In this document: positions 18,017-31,294 of the stretch, piece after piece
Layout of the letters: every line of letters begins with the position of its first letter
Numbering within the stretch: position 1 is the stretch's first letter
Assembly: GCA_965242525.1 (NCBI GenBank)
Contig: OZ251459.1
Location: 2,624,001-2,688,000, forward strand
DNA: 64,000 nt
Direction: 5' to 3'
Origin: an uncultured Candidatus Binatia bacterium
Lineage (GTDB): Bacteria > Desulfobacterota > Binatia > UBA9968 > JAJDTQ01
Position numbers and translations under genes: made by a program
The notes under the pieces: model-generated
Database searches by the model: none
Seen by the model: the letters and a program-made list of their open reading frames with translations, nothing else
What the model was told of the DNA's origin: nothing

Positions 18017-19690
18017 ATGGCGGAACCACTGAATCGACGCAGCCGGGTCATTACCCAGGGGCCGGACCGGGCGCCGTCCCGGGCCATGCTCAAGGCTGTG
18101 GGGTTGACGGACGAGGACCTGGACCGGCCGCTGGTGGGGGTGGCCAACACGTGGATCGAGGTGATGCCGTGCAACTTCCACCTGCGCCGGTTGTCGGCGC
18201 GGGTCAAGGAGGGCATACGCGCGGCCGGGGGCACGCCCATCGAGTTCAACACGGTGGCGGTCTCTGACGGCATCTCCATGGGCACCGAGGGGATGAAGGC
18301 GTCGCTCATCAGCCGCGAGGTCATCGCCGACTCCATCGAGCTGGTGACCCGCGGACACCTGTTCGACGCGGTGGTGGCCCTGTCCGGCTGCGACAAGACC
18401 ATACCGGGCACGGTGATGGCGCTGGCGCGGCTGGACCTGCCGTCGCTGATGCTCTACGGCGGGTCGATCATGCCGGGGCGGTTCCAGGGCCGCGACGTGA
18501 CCATCCAGGACGTGTTCGAGGGCGTGGGCGCCCACGCGGCCAAGAAGATGACCGACGCGGAGCTCCTGGACCTGGAGAGCCGCGCCTGTCCGGGTCCCGG
18601 GGCCTGCGGCGGGCAGTTCACCGCCAACACCATGGCCACCGCCTTCGAGGTCCTGGGGATCTCCCCGGTGGGCACGGCGAGCGTGCCGGCCATGGACGAG
18701 CGGAAGGACGACGTGGCGTTCCGCGCCGGGGAGATGGTCATGGAGCTCCTGAAGAAGGGCGTGGGCGCGCGCCAGATCATCACCCGGCCCGCGCTGGAGA
18801 ACGCGGTCGCCGCGGTGGCGGCCACCGGCGGCTCCACCAACGGCGTGCTGCACCTGCTCGGGGTGGCGCGCGAAGCGGAGGTGGAGTTGCGCATCGACGA
18901 CTTCGACCGCATCAGCTCCCGGACCCCGTTGATCGCGGACCTGAAGCCCGGCGGCCGGTTCGTGGCCAACGACCTCTACCACGCCGGCGGCGTCCCCCTG
19001 GTGGCGCGCCGTCTGCTGGACGCGGGCCGGCTGGACGGCGGCTGCATGACGGTCACCGGGCGCACCATCGGGGAGGAGGTCCGGGACGTGGAGGAGACCC
19101 CCGGACAGGAGGTGGTGCGGCCGGTGGCGGCGCCGCTGAAGCCCACGGGCGGACTCGTGATCCTCCGGGGCAACCTGGCCCCGGAAGGGTGCGTGGTGAA
19201 GGTGGCGGGCCACGAGCGCAAGCTGCACCGGGGTCCCGCGCGGGTGTTCGACCGGGAGGAGGACTCCTTCCGGGCGGTGCAGAACGGCGAGATCCGGGAG
19301 GGCGACGTGGTGGTGATCCGTTACGAGGGTCCCGTGGGAGGTCCGGGCATGCGCGAGATGCTGGGGGTGACCGCGGCCCTGGTGGGCGCGGGTCTGGGCG
19401 AGTCCGTGGCGCTCCTCACCGACGGCCGGTTCTCGGGCGCCACCCACGGGCTCATGGCCGGCCACGTGGCGCCGGAGGCCGCCCGGGGAGGTCCCATCGC
19501 GGTGGTCCGGGACGGCGACCCCATCGTCTTCGACGTGGACGCCCGGCGCCTGGACGTGGAGGTCTCCGAGCAGGAGATGGACGCGCGCCTGCGCCGGTGG
19601 AAGGCGCCGGAGCCCCGCTACGCCAGCGGCGTCATGGCCAAGTATGCCCGTCTCGTGTCTTCGGCTTCCGAAGGCGCGGTGACGCGTTGA
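18017..19690 (+). CDS. ilvD: Dihydroxy-acid dehydratase
   Basis: [63 protein letters not shown]. Confidence 0.97.
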   Translation: MAEPLNRRSRVITQGPDRAPSRAMLKAVGLTDEDLDRPLVGVANTWIEVMPCNFHLRRLSARVKEGIRAAGGTPIEFNTVAVSDGISMGTEGMKASLISREVIADSIELVTRGHLFDAVVALSGCDKTIPGTVMALARLDLPSLMLYGGSIMPGRFQGRDVTIQDVFEGVGAHAAKKMTDAELLDLESRACPGPGACGGQFTANTMATAFEVLGISPVGTASVPAMDERKDDVAFRAGEMVMELLKKGVGARQIITRPALENAVAAVAATGGSTNGVLHLLGVAREAEVELRIDDFDRISSRTPLIADLKPGGRFVANDLYHAGGVPLVARRLLDAGRLDGGCMTVTGRTIGEEVRDVEETPGQEVVRPVAAPLKPTGGLVILRGNLAPEGCVVKVAGHERKLHRGPARVFDREEDSFRAVQNGEIREGDVVVIRYEGPVGGPGMREMLGVTAALVGAGLGESVALLTDGRFSGATHGLMAGHVAPEAARGGPIAVVRDGDPIVFDVDARRLDVEVSEQEMDARLRRWKAPEPRYASGVMAKYARLVSSASEGAVTR

Positions 19691-19717
19691 CTCGAAATCC
19701 GTTCCGGGGAGGACGAC

Positions 19718-20137
19718 ATGGCCAAGTACAACAAGCTCTCCATGCCCATAAAGGACGTGAAGGACAAGGAGTTCCTGGCGCGCCGCCTGAAGTGCGAAGG
19801 GGTGGGCTTCGGGATCGTCCGCATCAAGCCGGGCAAGGGCGCGGAGTACGTGCACCAGCACCGGGTGCAGGAGGAAGTGTTCATCACCCTCAAGGGCGAC
19901 GGGACCATCATCCTGGACGGCCGCAGGATCGCCATGCCCGAGGGAACCGTCGTCAGGGTCAGCCCGGAAGTCAACCGGGCCATCGGCAACGACTCGAATC
20001 GGGACGTGGTGTTCCTCATCATGGGCGGCGTCCCGCCCAAGGACTTCCCGCTGGGCAGCCGCACGCTCTTCGGCGACGGCATCCCCCATCGGGACAAGGT
20101 CCCGCGCTGGAAGCCGGCCGGGAAGCAGGCCAAGTAG
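19718..20137 (+). CDS. Cupin domain protein
   Basis: HQHRVQEEVFITLKGDG cupin motif; GGAGGA RBS. Confidence 0.8.
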   Translation: MAKYNKLSMPIKDVKDKEFLARRLKCEGVGFGIVRIKPGKGAEYVHQHRVQEEVFITLKGDGTIILDGRRIAMPEGTVVRVSPEVNRAIGNDSNRDVVFLIMGGVPPKDFPLGSRTLFGDGIPHRDKVPRWKPAGKQAK

Positions 20138-20272
20138 GCGCCCGGCGGACCGGCGGCCGGCAGGCCGCGGAGAGGTCCCGGCGCCGGGCCCGTCCATTGA
20201 ACCCTCGTCCCGGTCGTACTAACATGCACGGCAACCTGCACGGCGCGGAAGAGCCTTCGGGGGACCCACTTC

Positions 20273-20587
20273 ATGAGCGAGCACCAGCGAGACCTGGACC
20301 GCGACGTCGTCGTCGAAACCGAGAAGAAGCTCAAGCGCCCGTCCCTGTTCAAGGTGCTGCTGCACAACGACGACTACACCACCAAGGAGTTCGTGGTCCA
20401 GATCCTGGAGTACGTCTTCCACAAGGACAACACGGAGGCGGTGCAGATCATGCTGCACGTGCACCGGACCGGCATCGGCGTAGCCGGGGTGTACACCTAC
20501 GAGGTGGCGGAGACCAAGGTCAAGACCGTGGAAGGCTTGGCGCGCCAGTACGAGTTCCCGCTCAAGTGCAGCATCGAAGAGGAGTGA
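20273..20587 (+). CDS. clpS: ATP-dependent Clp protease adaptor
   Basis: KVLLHNDDYT..EFVV, IMLHVH..G.GVAG.Y..EVAETK, FPL. Confidence 0.97.
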   Translation: MSEHQRDLDRDVVVETEKKLKRPSLFKVLLHNDDYTTKEFVVQILEYVFHKDNTEAVQIMLHVHRTGIGVAGVYTYEVAETKVKTVEGLARQYEFPLKCSIEEE

Positions 20588-20588
20588 C

Positions 20589-22832
<2,244 letters not shown>

Positions 22833-22989
22833 TAGGGACGGTGTAGGGATCGCCCCGCGGATCAGCGCCTCTTCCAGGAACGCCGGACTGCAGGCCGAGA
22901 CGCACTCCGGCAGGCAACAGCCAAGCGTCGCGAAGGCCCGCCCCATCGCCCCTGCAGGCACCCAGCCCCTGCGGACGGGACGCCCACCT

Positions 22990-23068
22990 TCCCGCGAAAG
23001 CCCACCCCTCGTCATTCCCGCGAAAGCGGGAATCCATCTGCCTTACCCACGCGAAAGCCGGAAGAGTC
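22990..23068. repeat. Partial family B element (ATTCCCGCGAAAGCGGGAAT palindrome plus end AAAGCCGGAAGAGTC)
   Basis: Matches the ends of the 10039 and 61664 copies. Confidence 0.6.
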
Positions 23069-23070
23069 AC

Positions 23071-23463
23071 TCAAATGAACGGGTTGACCACCGTCAGATC
23101 CCCGATGCGCCGGCCGGTCTGGAGGTCTTCCGTCAGCAGGGTGTCGCATCCGGCTTCGAGAGCCGAGGCGATGATCAGCGAGTCATAGAAGTTGAAGCCG
23201 TTGGAGCGGGCAAGAGAGACGGCTTCGGTGTGGGTTGAGACGTCGATGGGACGAACGGGGTCCAACGTGGTCCTCATGTCGGCGATGGCTTCTTCGATCA
23301 CGTCCCAATCCAGACGGAACTTTCGGCGAAGGACTGCGGCGAACTCGTTGAGAACCTGCACGCTGATGACGCCTCCCGTGAGGATCAACTGTCGCGCAAC
23401 CTCGCCTTTGGCGTCGTCGCTTTGGGCATAGACCAGTACGTTGGTGTCGAGGAACGCGGTCAT
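23071..23463 (-). CDS. vapC: PIN-domain toxin (VapC-type)
   Basis: FLDTNVLVY, SVQVLNEF, FYDSLIIASALEAGC..L.TED. Confidence 0.9.
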   Translation of the reverse strand: MTAFLDTNVLVYAQSDDAKGEVARQLILTGGVISVQVLNEFAAVLRRKFRLDWDVIEEAIADMRTTLDPVRPIDVSTHTEAVSLARSNGFNFYDSLIIASALEAGCDTLLTEDLQTGRRIGDLTVVNPFI

Positions 23464-23690
23464 CGGGAGTTGGCTTCGTCTCGGTTGAATGCGTAGCCTT
23501 CGGGTATTGGCCAAGCGCGCTTCCGCATCCGCTCAACCGCCAACCGCCGACGCTCATCCTTGGCGACGACGACCCGTTTCGGCGTGGCGGACACCAACTC
23601 CAACTCGTCGCCAGGCTTCAGGCCGAGATCCTCAGCCAACGCCTTGGGCAGTCGGATGGCCAAGCTGTTCCCCCATTTCGAGACCCGCAT
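23460..23690 (-). CDS. AbrB/MazE-type antitoxin
   Basis: MRVSKWGNSLAIRLP...LGLKPGD; ATGA overlap with the PIN gene. Confidence 0.9.
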   Translation of the reverse strand: MRVSKWGNSLAIRLPKALAEDLGLKPGDELELVSATPKRVVVAKDERRRLAVERMRKRAWPIPEGYAFNRDEANSR

Positions 23691-23908
23691 AATATCCTCC
23701 ATGAGCGTGATATACTCCACAATATCCCACAAAACTTGAAATGGCAAGACTCCCCCAGATCACTGACTCCTGGCCTCCTGGTCGCTCTCTTGCCGTAGGG
23801 AACTCCGATCAAAGGGCTGTCCTGGGTTTACACGGGGAAGCCGCGAAACCCCAGGTTTTAGTCACCACATATTGAATAAACTTATTCATCTGGTATTATC
23901 TGAATCCA

Positions 23909-25294
23909 GTGGCCGTTGCTGATCCCCGCTTTGCACCGCACAACCTTCATCTTGAAGATCCGGACCTGTTTCGCAGCATGGATCCGCAGCTTCGGGAGTT
24001 GTGTCGTCTGCCCGTCGCGTACCGTTACCCCATCCTCGCCCACCTGCCGGCGGATCAGCCGGGGACCTACTCCATTACCGGCGGCCGGAGGGTCGGCAAA
24101 TCGACGGTGCTCAAGCAGTGGATGTGTGACCTGCTGGACCGGGGCGTGAACCCGCAACGCATCCTCTACCTGACCGGAGAACTGATCGACGACCATCACG
24201 CCCTCGTTGCGTTGATTACCAGGACCGCCCCGGACCGCTCCCCCGAACGGCCGGCCTACCTGCTGGTGGACGAAGTGACCTACATTCGCGGCTGGGACCG
24301 CGGCGTCAAGTTCCTGGCCGATGCAGGTCTGCTGGAAGACGTGATCCTGGTCCTCACCGGCTCGGACTCGGTCGTCATCGGCGAAGCCCGCAGGTTCCTT
24401 CCGGGTCGCCGAGGCCGCGCGCCGCGCGTCGATTTCCATCTCTACCCGCTGTCTTTCGCGGAGTACCTCAATGTGACGGGAATCGCCGGCCGCGCCTCGG
24501 GAAGTCCGTTTTCCTCCGAGGCCGCCGCGGTCCTGACCGACGCCTTCCAGCGTTACCTGATGCACGGCGGATACCTGACCGCCATCAACGACATGGCGGC
24601 GCACGGACGCATCGAACCCGCCACCTTTGCGGTGTATTGCGACTGGATTCGCGGCGACATGGCGAAACGCGGCAAACAGGATCATTTCCTCAACGAGGTC
24701 CTTGGCAGCGTGGTCCGGCGTCATGGCAGCCAAGTGACCTGGAACAGCTTGGCGCGGGATCTTTCCATCGACCATCCGGCGACGGTGGCCGACTATATCG
24801 CGCTCCTTTCCCGGATGGACGTGCTCATCGTGCAACACGCGCTGCGGGAAGACCGACTCGCCGCGGCGCCGAAGAAGGCGCGCAAGGTGGCCTTTACCGA
24901 TCCCTTCATCTTCCACGCGGTGCGGAGTTGGCTCGATCCGGTGGAGGACCCCTTCGACACCCAGGTCAAGGAGGCGCTGGCGGACCCCGAGTGGACGGGA
25001 AAGCTGGCCGAAGCCTGCGCCGTAGCGCATCACCATCGCCTGCATCCCACGTTCTACATCAAGGGCGACGGCGAAGTGGACATCGCCTACGTCACCCGCG
25101 GCGGGTTTCAGCCCGTGGAGGTAAAGTGGACCGGCCAAGTCCGCTCGACGGACCTGAAGCAGGCCCGGAAGTATCCCAACAGCGTCATCTGCTCGAAGGC
25201 CGCCATGGCGGACCGCATCCACGGCCTGCCGAACGAGTTGCTGCCCTTGCACCTGCTGCGCCTGGGCCAGTCGCCCTGCTACGTTACTTGGTAG
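23909..25294 (+). CDS. AAA_14 ATPase with DUF4143 and C-terminal PD-(D/E)xK-like domain
   Basis: GGRRVGKS, LLVDEV, LTGS, HGGY, EVDI...PVEVKW. Confidence 0.85.
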   Translation: MAVADPRFAPHNLHLEDPDLFRSMDPQLRELCRLPVAYRYPILAHLPADQPGTYSITGGRRVGKSTVLKQWMCDLLDRGVNPQRILYLTGELIDDHHALVALITRTAPDRSPERPAYLLVDEVTYIRGWDRGVKFLADAGLLEDVILVLTGSDSVVIGEARRFLPGRRGRAPRVDFHLYPLSFAEYLNVTGIAGRASGSPFSSEAAAVLTDAFQRYLMHGGYLTAINDMAAHGRIEPATFAVYCDWIRGDMAKRGKQDHFLNEVLGSVVRRHGSQVTWNSLARDLSIDHPATVADYIALLSRMDVLIVQHALREDRLAAAPKKARKVAFTDPFIFHAVRSWLDPVEDPFDTQVKEALADPEWTGKLAEACAVAHHHRLHPTFYIKGDGEVDIAYVTRGGFQPVEVKWTGQVRSTDLKQARKYPNSVICSKAAMADRIHGLPNELLPLHLLRLGQSPCYVTW

Positions 25295-25364
25295 CCGGAT
25301 GCGAGGACCAGCAGTTCTCCGGTCTCAACCGGAACGATCCCCTCCGTCTTTGGCTTCCCACCTC

Positions 25365-25553
25365 GTCATTTCCGCGAAAGCCCACCCACGTCATTCCCGC
25401 CGACGCCCACCCACGTCATTCCCGCGAAAGCGGGAATCCATTCAGATCCGCGGAACGGGATTCGACGTGACACCGACAGATGGAACCACGGGGAGTTTTC
25501 ACAAGAATGGATGGATTCCCGCTTTCGCGGGAATGACGGAGGGAGGGGAATGA
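25365..25553. repeat. Cluster of GTCATTCCCGCGAAAGCGGGAATCC palindromes (REP/dRS3-like)
   Basis: Direct and inverted copies between convergent genes; internal segment similar to 10200-10260. Confidence 0.8.
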
Positions 25554-25646
25554 CGGGGGTGGACGAAGGACGGGGGTGGGGGGTCGTGGGATGGACGGGA
25601 TAGGGGCCGCGGGAATGGCAGGATGGGCGTCTGCGGGATGGACGGC

Positions 25647-26819
25647 TCACTCGGACAACATCCCGGGCTCTTCGGCCTTCTTGAGCGGGCTTTCTTCCAG
25701 CAGGTATTCCTGCCGGGCGAGGGTCTCCGAGCGTTCTTCCTGGAGGTAGCGGGCCAGGGCGTTCCGGAAGCGGGGGTCGCAGATGTAGTGGGCGCTGTAG
25801 GTCTTGGCGGGTTCCAGGCCGCGCAGGTTCTTGAAGCTGCCGCCGGCGCCGGCCTCGAAACGGGCCAGGGAACGGTGGATGCAGTGCTCGATGGCGGCGT
25901 AGTAGCACACGTTGAAGTGCAGGTAGCGGTGGTCCTCGAAGGCGCCCCAGTAGCGGCCGTAGAGGGCGTCGGGTCCCCGGAGGTTGAAGGTCCCGGCGAT
26001 GATCCGGTCGCCGCGTCGGGCCACGATGGGACAGAGGAACGGGAAGGGCCGCTTCAGCAACTCGTCGAAGAAACGCGCGTTCAGGTACTGGTTGCCGTAG
26101 TAGAGGCGGTCGATGTGGTGCTTGTACAGTTCGAACAGGGTGCGCTGTATCTCCGGCGTCAGTTCGTCGCAGGCCAGCGCGCGGATGCGGATGCCCTGCT
26201 TGTCCAGCTCCCGCCGCTCCCGCTTGATCTTGTTGCGGCGCTCGCTCCGAAACGCTCCCAGGTAGTCGTCGAAGGTCTCGTAGCCGCGGTTGCGCCAGTG
26301 GAACTGGAGCCCGATCTTCGGGATGAAGTCGAGATGCTCCAGCACATCCATCTCGTCGGCGCTGCAGAAGTTGACGTGGATCGACGACAGCTCGTTGCTG
26401 CGGCAGACCTCCACCAGCGCCCGCCCCAGGAGGCCGACGAGCCCGCGGCGGTCGGTCCCCGCCGCGGTAAGGAAACGCGAGCCCGCCACCGGCGTGAAGG
26501 GCACGCCCACGAGCATCTTGGGGTAGTACCGGATGCCCGACTGCGCGGCGTAGGAAGCCCACTGGTGGTCGAAGACGAACTCTCCCATGCTGTGGGACTT
26601 GAGGTACAGGGGGCAGGCGCCGACCATCTCCCCTCCGCGCTCCACGACGACGTGGTGCGGCGCCCATCCGGTGCGGTCGCAGACGCAGCCCGATGCTTCC
26701 AGGCAGTCCAGCCAGTCCCACTGCATGAAGGGCGAGCCGTCTTGCAGCAGGGCGTTCCAGGTCTCCCTCGACACGTCGGCGATGCGGCGAACGACTCGAA
26801 CCGAGAGCCCTTCCTCCAT
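25647..26819 (-). CDS. FemAB-like GNAT-family protein
   Basis: LYLKSHSMGEFVFDHQWA, YYPK...VPFTPV.G, LYGRYWG, LHFNVCYY. Confidence 0.9.
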   Translation of the reverse strand: MEEGLSVRVVRRIADVSRETWNALLQDGSPFMQWDWLDCLEASGCVCDRTGWAPHHVVVERGGEMVGACPLYLKSHSMGEFVFDHQWASYAAQSGIRYYPKMLVGVPFTPVAGSRFLTAAGTDRRGLVGLLGRALVEVCRSNELSSIHVNFCSADEMDVLEHLDFIPKIGLQFHWRNRGYETFDDYLGAFRSERRNKIKRERRELDKQGIRIRALACDELTPEIQRTLFELYKHHIDRLYYGNQYLNARFFDELLKRPFPFLCPIVARRGDRIIAGTFNLRGPDALYGRYWGAFEDHRYLHFNVCYYAAIEHCIHRSLARFEAGAGGSFKNLRGLEPAKTYSAHYICDPRFRNALARYLQEERSETLARQEYLLEESPLKKAEEPGMLSE

Positions 26820-26911
26820 GGCGTCACCTGTGGCTCGTGGTCACGAGCGCGTCCTTCGACTCCGCTTCGCTACGCTCAGGACGAACGGGGAGTGGGTTGG
26901 GATCGACATAT

Positions 26912-27050
26912 GGAACCCCTGATCAATTCCGGCTTGAACTTCCTCTTCCTGTGGGAAAGCGCGTCCTTCGACTTCGCTTCGCTACGCTCAGGACGAACGG
27001 AGGGTCTTCACTACGCTCGGGACGAACGGGGACAATTGTTCAGAGGTTCC
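26912..27050. mobile_element. MITE family A copy
   Basis: GGAACCCCTGATCAATT...AATTGTTCAGAGGTTCC flanked by ATAT duplication. Confidence 0.8.
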
Positions 27051-27238
27051 ATATGGGACAAGGCTCATGAAGCGGCTTCGCCATGCTCAGGGCGAACCGG
27101 GAAGGGAGGGGGTCGGGGTGGATTCCCTCACCCTGGCTCTCCCGTCTTCGTCCGTCCTCGTTCCCGTTCGTCCTGAGCGTAGCGAAGCGAAGTCGAAGGA
27201 CGCGCTCATTCCCCCTGTCCCGATCGTCCGGAGGCTCC

Positions 27239-29932
27239 CTAAGCCTTTCCGGCCAGTTGCCGGAGCACGTACTCCAGGATGCCGCCGTGGCGGTGGTACG
27301 CGAGTTCTGCGGGCGTGTCGATGCGGCAGGTCACCCGGAACGAGGTGACCGCGCCGTTCTCGCCCCTGGCGGTGACCTCCAGTTCCTTGCGAACGCCCAG
27401 GCCGTCGGCCACTCCGGTGATGTCGTAGGTCTCGAAGCCGGTGAGTCCCAGGGACTCGGCGTTCTGGCCCGGCAGGAACTCCAGCGGCAGGATGCCCATG
27501 CCGATGAGGTTGCTGCGGTGGATGCGCTCGAAGCTCTCGACGATGGCGGCCTTGATCCCCAGGAGGCGGGGTCCCTTGGCGGCCCAGTCCCGGGACGAGC
27601 CGGTGCCGTACTCCTTGCCCGCGACCACGATCAGCGGCGTGCCCTCTTCCTGGTACTTCATGGCGGCGTCGAAGATGGACATGGACTCGTTGTCGGGCTG
27701 GTGCACGGTCCAGCCTCCCTCGGTCCCCGGAGCGATCCGGTTCCGCAGCCGCACGTTGGCGAAGGTCCCCCGCATCATGACCTCGTGGTTGCCCCGGCGG
27801 GCGCCGTACTGGTTGAAGTCCCGGGGCTCCACGCCGTGCTCGGCGAGGTAGCGCGCGGCCGGCCCGTTCCGCTCAATGGACCCCGCGGGCGAGATGTGGT
27901 CGGTGGTCACCGAGTCGCCCAGCAGGGCCAGGACCCGGGCCCCCCTGATGTCCGCGGGCGCCTCGGGCTCCGCGGGCATGTGGGCGAAGAAGGGGATCTG
28001 CCGGACGTAGGTGGAGTCCGGGTCCCAGGCGAACAGTTCCCCCTCGGGCGCGGGCATGCTCCGCCACATGTCGTCGCCCTGGAACACGTCGCTGTACTCC
28101 TTGCGGAAGGCGTCCGCGGTCACGCCCCTGCCCACTTCCCGGCGCACTTCCTCGGGCGTGGGCCAGATCTCCCGCAGCATGACCGGCTTCCCTTCCGGGT
28201 CCTCGCCGATGGGGTCGTTGTAGAGGTCCACGTCCACGTTGCCCGCGATGGCGTAGGCCACCACCAGCGGAGGCGACGCCAGGTAGTTGGCCCGGACGCT
28301 GGGATGGATGCGGCCCTCGAAGTTCCGGTTGCCCGAAAGCACGGCGGTGGTCACCAAGTTGCCTTCCCGGATGGCGTTGTCGATGTCGTCCGGCAGCGGT
28401 CCGCCGTTGCCCACGCAGGTGGTGCAGCCATAGCCCACCAGGTGGAAACCCAACTCGCCCAGGGGTTCGAGCAGTCCCGTCCGCTTCAGGTATTCGGTGA
28501 CCACCTTGGAGCCGGGGGCCAGGCTGGTCTTGACCCAGGGCTTGGCCTTCAACCCCCGGGCCGCGGCCTTCTTGGCCAGCAGGCCCGCGCCCACCATCAC
28601 CGACGGGTTGGACGTGTTGGTGCAGCTCGTGATGGCGGAGATCACCACCGAGCCGTGGGTGAGGTCGTAGGAATCGCCGTTCTGCTGCACGCGCACGCGG
28701 CTCGGGGCGTCGCCGCCCTTCATGCTCGGCAGGACCTCGGCGAAGGCCTGCTTCACGCCCCGCAGCGGCACCCGGTCCTGGGGCCGGCGGGGACCCGCCA
28801 AGCTGGGCTCCACCTCCCCCAGGTCGAGATCCAGGGTGTCGGTGAACACCGGGTCCGGCGTGTCGTCCGTGCGGAACAGGCCCTGCTCCTTGCAGTACGC
28901 CTCCACCAGGGCGATGAGCTCGGGACTCCGGTTCGACAGCTTCAGGTACTCCAGGGTCTCGTGGTCCACCGGGAAGAAGCCCACCGTGGCGCCGTACTCC
29001 GGGGCCATGTTGCCGATGGTGGCCCGGTCCGCCAGCGCCAAGCTGGACAGCCCCGGGCCGTAGAACTCCACGAACTTCTCCACCACGCCCTTCCGGCGCA
29101 GCATCTGCACGATGGTGAGCACCAGGTCGGTGGCGGTGGCGCCCTCGGGCAACCGGCCGTGCAGCTTGAAGCCGATGACCTCGGGGATGCGCATGATGAG
29201 CGGTTGCCCCAGCATGGCGGCCTCGGCCTCGATGCCGCCCACGCCCCAGCCCAGGACCCCCAGCCCGTTGATCATCGGGGTGTGGGAGTCGGCGCCCACC
29301 AGGGTGTCCGGGTAGGCCAGGGCGTGGCCGTCGGAATCCCTGGTGAAGACCACCTTGCCGAGGAACTCCAGGTTGACTTGGTGGACGATGCCCGTGTCCG
29401 GCGGCACCACGCTGAAGTTGTCGAAGGCCTTCTGGCCCCAACGCAGGAACGCGTAACGTTCGCGGTTGCGCTCGTATTCGAGGCCGGAGTTGAAGGCGAA
29501 CGCTTCGCTGGAACCGAAGTGGTCCACCTGCACGGAGTGGTCGATGACCAGGTCCACGGGCTGCAACGGGTTGATCCGCGCCGGGTCGCCGCCCAGGCGT
29601 CGGATGCCTTCCCGCATGGCGGCCAGATCGACGATGGCCGGGACCCCGGTGAGGTCCTGCAACAGGATGCGCGCCGGCATGAAGGCGATCTCCCGGTCGG
29701 ACTCGGCGGCCGGGTCCCAGCCCGCCAGCCCCTGGATGTCGGCGCCGGTCACGTGCCGGTCGTCCTCGCAACGGAGCAGGTTCTCCAGCAGGACCTTGAG
29801 GGAGAAGGGCAGCCGGTCCACCGGCAGGGATGTCTCCCGGGCCAGGGAATCGAGCCGGTAGATTCGGTAGCGGTTGCCGCCCGCCTCGAGGGGGGCGGCG
29901 GTGTGGAACGTGTCGATGCTGTTCGATGCCAT
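27239..29932 (-). CDS. acnA: Aconitate hydratase A
   Basis: LQDLTGVP, DLVIDHSVQVD, GIVHQVNLE, DSHT, AITSCTNTSN, GYGCTTC, GSSRDWAAKG. Confidence 0.97.
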   Translation of the reverse strand: MASNSIDTFHTAAPLEAGGNRYRIYRLDSLARETSLPVDRLPFSLKVLLENLLRCEDDRHVTGADIQGLAGWDPAAESDREIAFMPARILLQDLTGVPAIVDLAAMREGIRRLGGDPARINPLQPVDLVIDHSVQVDHFGSSEAFAFNSGLEYERNRERYAFLRWGQKAFDNFSVVPPDTGIVHQVNLEFLGKVVFTRDSDGHALAYPDTLVGADSHTPMINGLGVLGWGVGGIEAEAAMLGQPLIMRIPEVIGFKLHGRLPEGATATDLVLTIVQMLRRKGVVEKFVEFYGPGLSSLALADRATIGNMAPEYGATVGFFPVDHETLEYLKLSNRSPELIALVEAYCKEQGLFRTDDTPDPVFTDTLDLDLGEVEPSLAGPRRPQDRVPLRGVKQAFAEVLPSMKGGDAPSRVRVQQNGDSYDLTHGSVVISAITSCTNTSNPSVMVGAGLLAKKAAARGLKAKPWVKTSLAPGSKVVTEYLKRTGLLEPLGELGFHLVGYGCTTCVGNGGPLPDDIDNAIREGNLVTTAVLSGNRNFEGRIHPSVRANYLASPPLVVAYAIAGNVDVDLYNDPIGEDPEGKPVMLREIWPTPEEVRREVGRGVTADAFRKEYSDVFQGDDMWRSMPAPEGELFAWDPDSTYVRQIPFFAHMPAEPEAPADIRGARVLALLGDSVTTDHISPAGSIERNGPAARYLAEHGVEPRDFNQYGARRGNHEVMMRGTFANVRLRNRIAPGTEGGWTVHQPDNESMSIFDAAMKYQEEGTPLIVVAGKEYGTGSSRDWAAKGPRLLGIKAAIVESFERIHRSNLIGMGILPLEFLPGQNAESLGLTGFETYDITGVADGLGVRKELEVTARGENGAVTSFRVTCRIDTPAELAYHRHGGILEYVLRQLAGKA

Positions 29933-30094
29933 GATGATGGGCTCCTCGATGTGTCTTTGGGGTCCACGCAGCGCGGGAAACGCAGGCGGATGGCCGACCC
30001 GGGGCCTGGAAACCTTCCCTATCTAGCGTAACGGGGGCGGCTTTCCAAACCGCCCGGAACCGGTCCGTACCGGCGAGGGGGGCGCCCGCAGGAC

Positions 30095-31294
30095 TCAGAC
30101 CGCCTTCTCCCGGCGCAGCCGCGCGATGGAGTCGGCGTCGTAGCCCAGCTCCTCCAGGATCGAGTCGGTGGCGCCGCCCAGTTCCGGGATGGGGTCCAGG
30201 CGCGCGGGACTGCCGGACAGGCGCAGCGGGCTGCCGATGACCGGCACCTTGCCCACGGGCGAATCCACCTCCCGGATCATGCGCCGGGCCGCCACCTGGG
30301 GATGGGCCAGCACCTGGGCGATGCCCCGGACCCGTCCGTTGGGCAGGCCCGCGTCTTGCAGGCGCTGGAGCCAAGTCTCGTGGCCGTGCTCCAGGAACAG
30401 GTTTTCGATGGTCTCTTCGAGCACGCCGCGGTTCTCCCGCCGGGCCTCCACCGTGGCGAAGCGGGGGTCCTCCGTCAGCGAGGGGCGCTGCATCACCTTG
30501 AGGCAGAAGACCTCCCAGTCCCGGGGGGTGGCCACCGCCAGGTTGACGTACTCGCCGTCGCCCGCCAAGTACGGCCCGTAGGGGGTGACGTAGTGGTGGC
30601 GCATTCCCACGCGGGCGGGTTCCTCGCCCCGGTGCCAGTAGTGGTGCGGGAAGTACCCCAGCCAGGAAAGGATGCTCTCGAACATGGAGATGTCGATGAC
30701 CTGCCCGGCGCCGGTCTTCTCCCGCTGGAACAGCGCCAGCACGATGCCCAGGGCCGCGTACATGCCCGAGGCGATGTCGGAGATGGACACGCTCGCCCGG
30801 GCGGGCCTGTCGGGGTAGCCGGTGGTGGCGATGATCCCGGCCTCGCCCTGGATCAGGAGGTCGTATGCCTTCACGTCCCGGTAGGGGCCGTCCTGTCCGT
30901 AGCCCGAGAGGGAGCAATAGACCAGGCGGGGGTTCAACTCGCGCAGCCGCTCCCAGCCGAGGCCCAGCCGCTCCGCCACCCCCGGCGCGTAGTTCTCGAA
31001 GAAGACGTCGCTCTTGCCTGCGAGCTTGTGGAGGACCTCCAGGCCCTGGGGCTTCTTGGCGTCCACGGTGAGGCTCTTCTTGTTGCGGTTGAGCCACACG
31101 TAGCCCGACGACAGGCCCCGCACCGCGGTGTCCCAGTGGCGGATCAGGTCACCCACTTCCGGGCGCTCGACCTTGACGACCTCCGCCCCCATCTCCGCCA
31201 GCAGGCCGGTGCAGAAAGGGCCGGAGAGGACCTGTTCGAAGGCCATGACCCGCACGCCGCCCAGGGCCAGGGCGTGGTTGCCGCTACTCGCCAT
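30095..31294 (-). CDS. Family III CoA-transferase (CaiB/BaiF)
   Basis: GAEVVKVERP, NRNKKS, SGYGQDGPY, DIASGMY. Confidence 0.93.
   Translation of the reverse strand: MASSGNHALALGGVRVMAFEQVLSGPFCTGLLAEMGAEVVKVERPEVGDLIRHWDTAVRGLSSGYVWLNRNKKSLTVDAKKPQGLEVLHKLAGKSDVFFENYAPGVAERLGLGWERLRELNPRLVYCSLSGYGQDGPYRDVKAYDLLIQGEAGIIATTGYPDRPARASVSISDIASGMYAALGIVLALFQREKTGAGQVIDISMFESILSWLGYFPHHYWHRGEEPARVGMRHHYVTPYGPYLAGDGEYVNLAVATPRDWEVFCLKVMQRPSLTEDPRFATVEARRENRGVLEETIENLFLEHGHETWLQRLQDAGLPNGRVRGIAQVLAHPQVAARRMIREVDSPVGKVPVIGSPLRLSGSPARLDPIPELGGATDSILEELGYDADSIARLRREKAV

Noticed and set aside
16607-20197. 1196-aa minus-strand ORF
   Set aside because: The first ~790 codons are the antisense shadow of ilvD and the cupin gene; only 16607-17833 is plausible.
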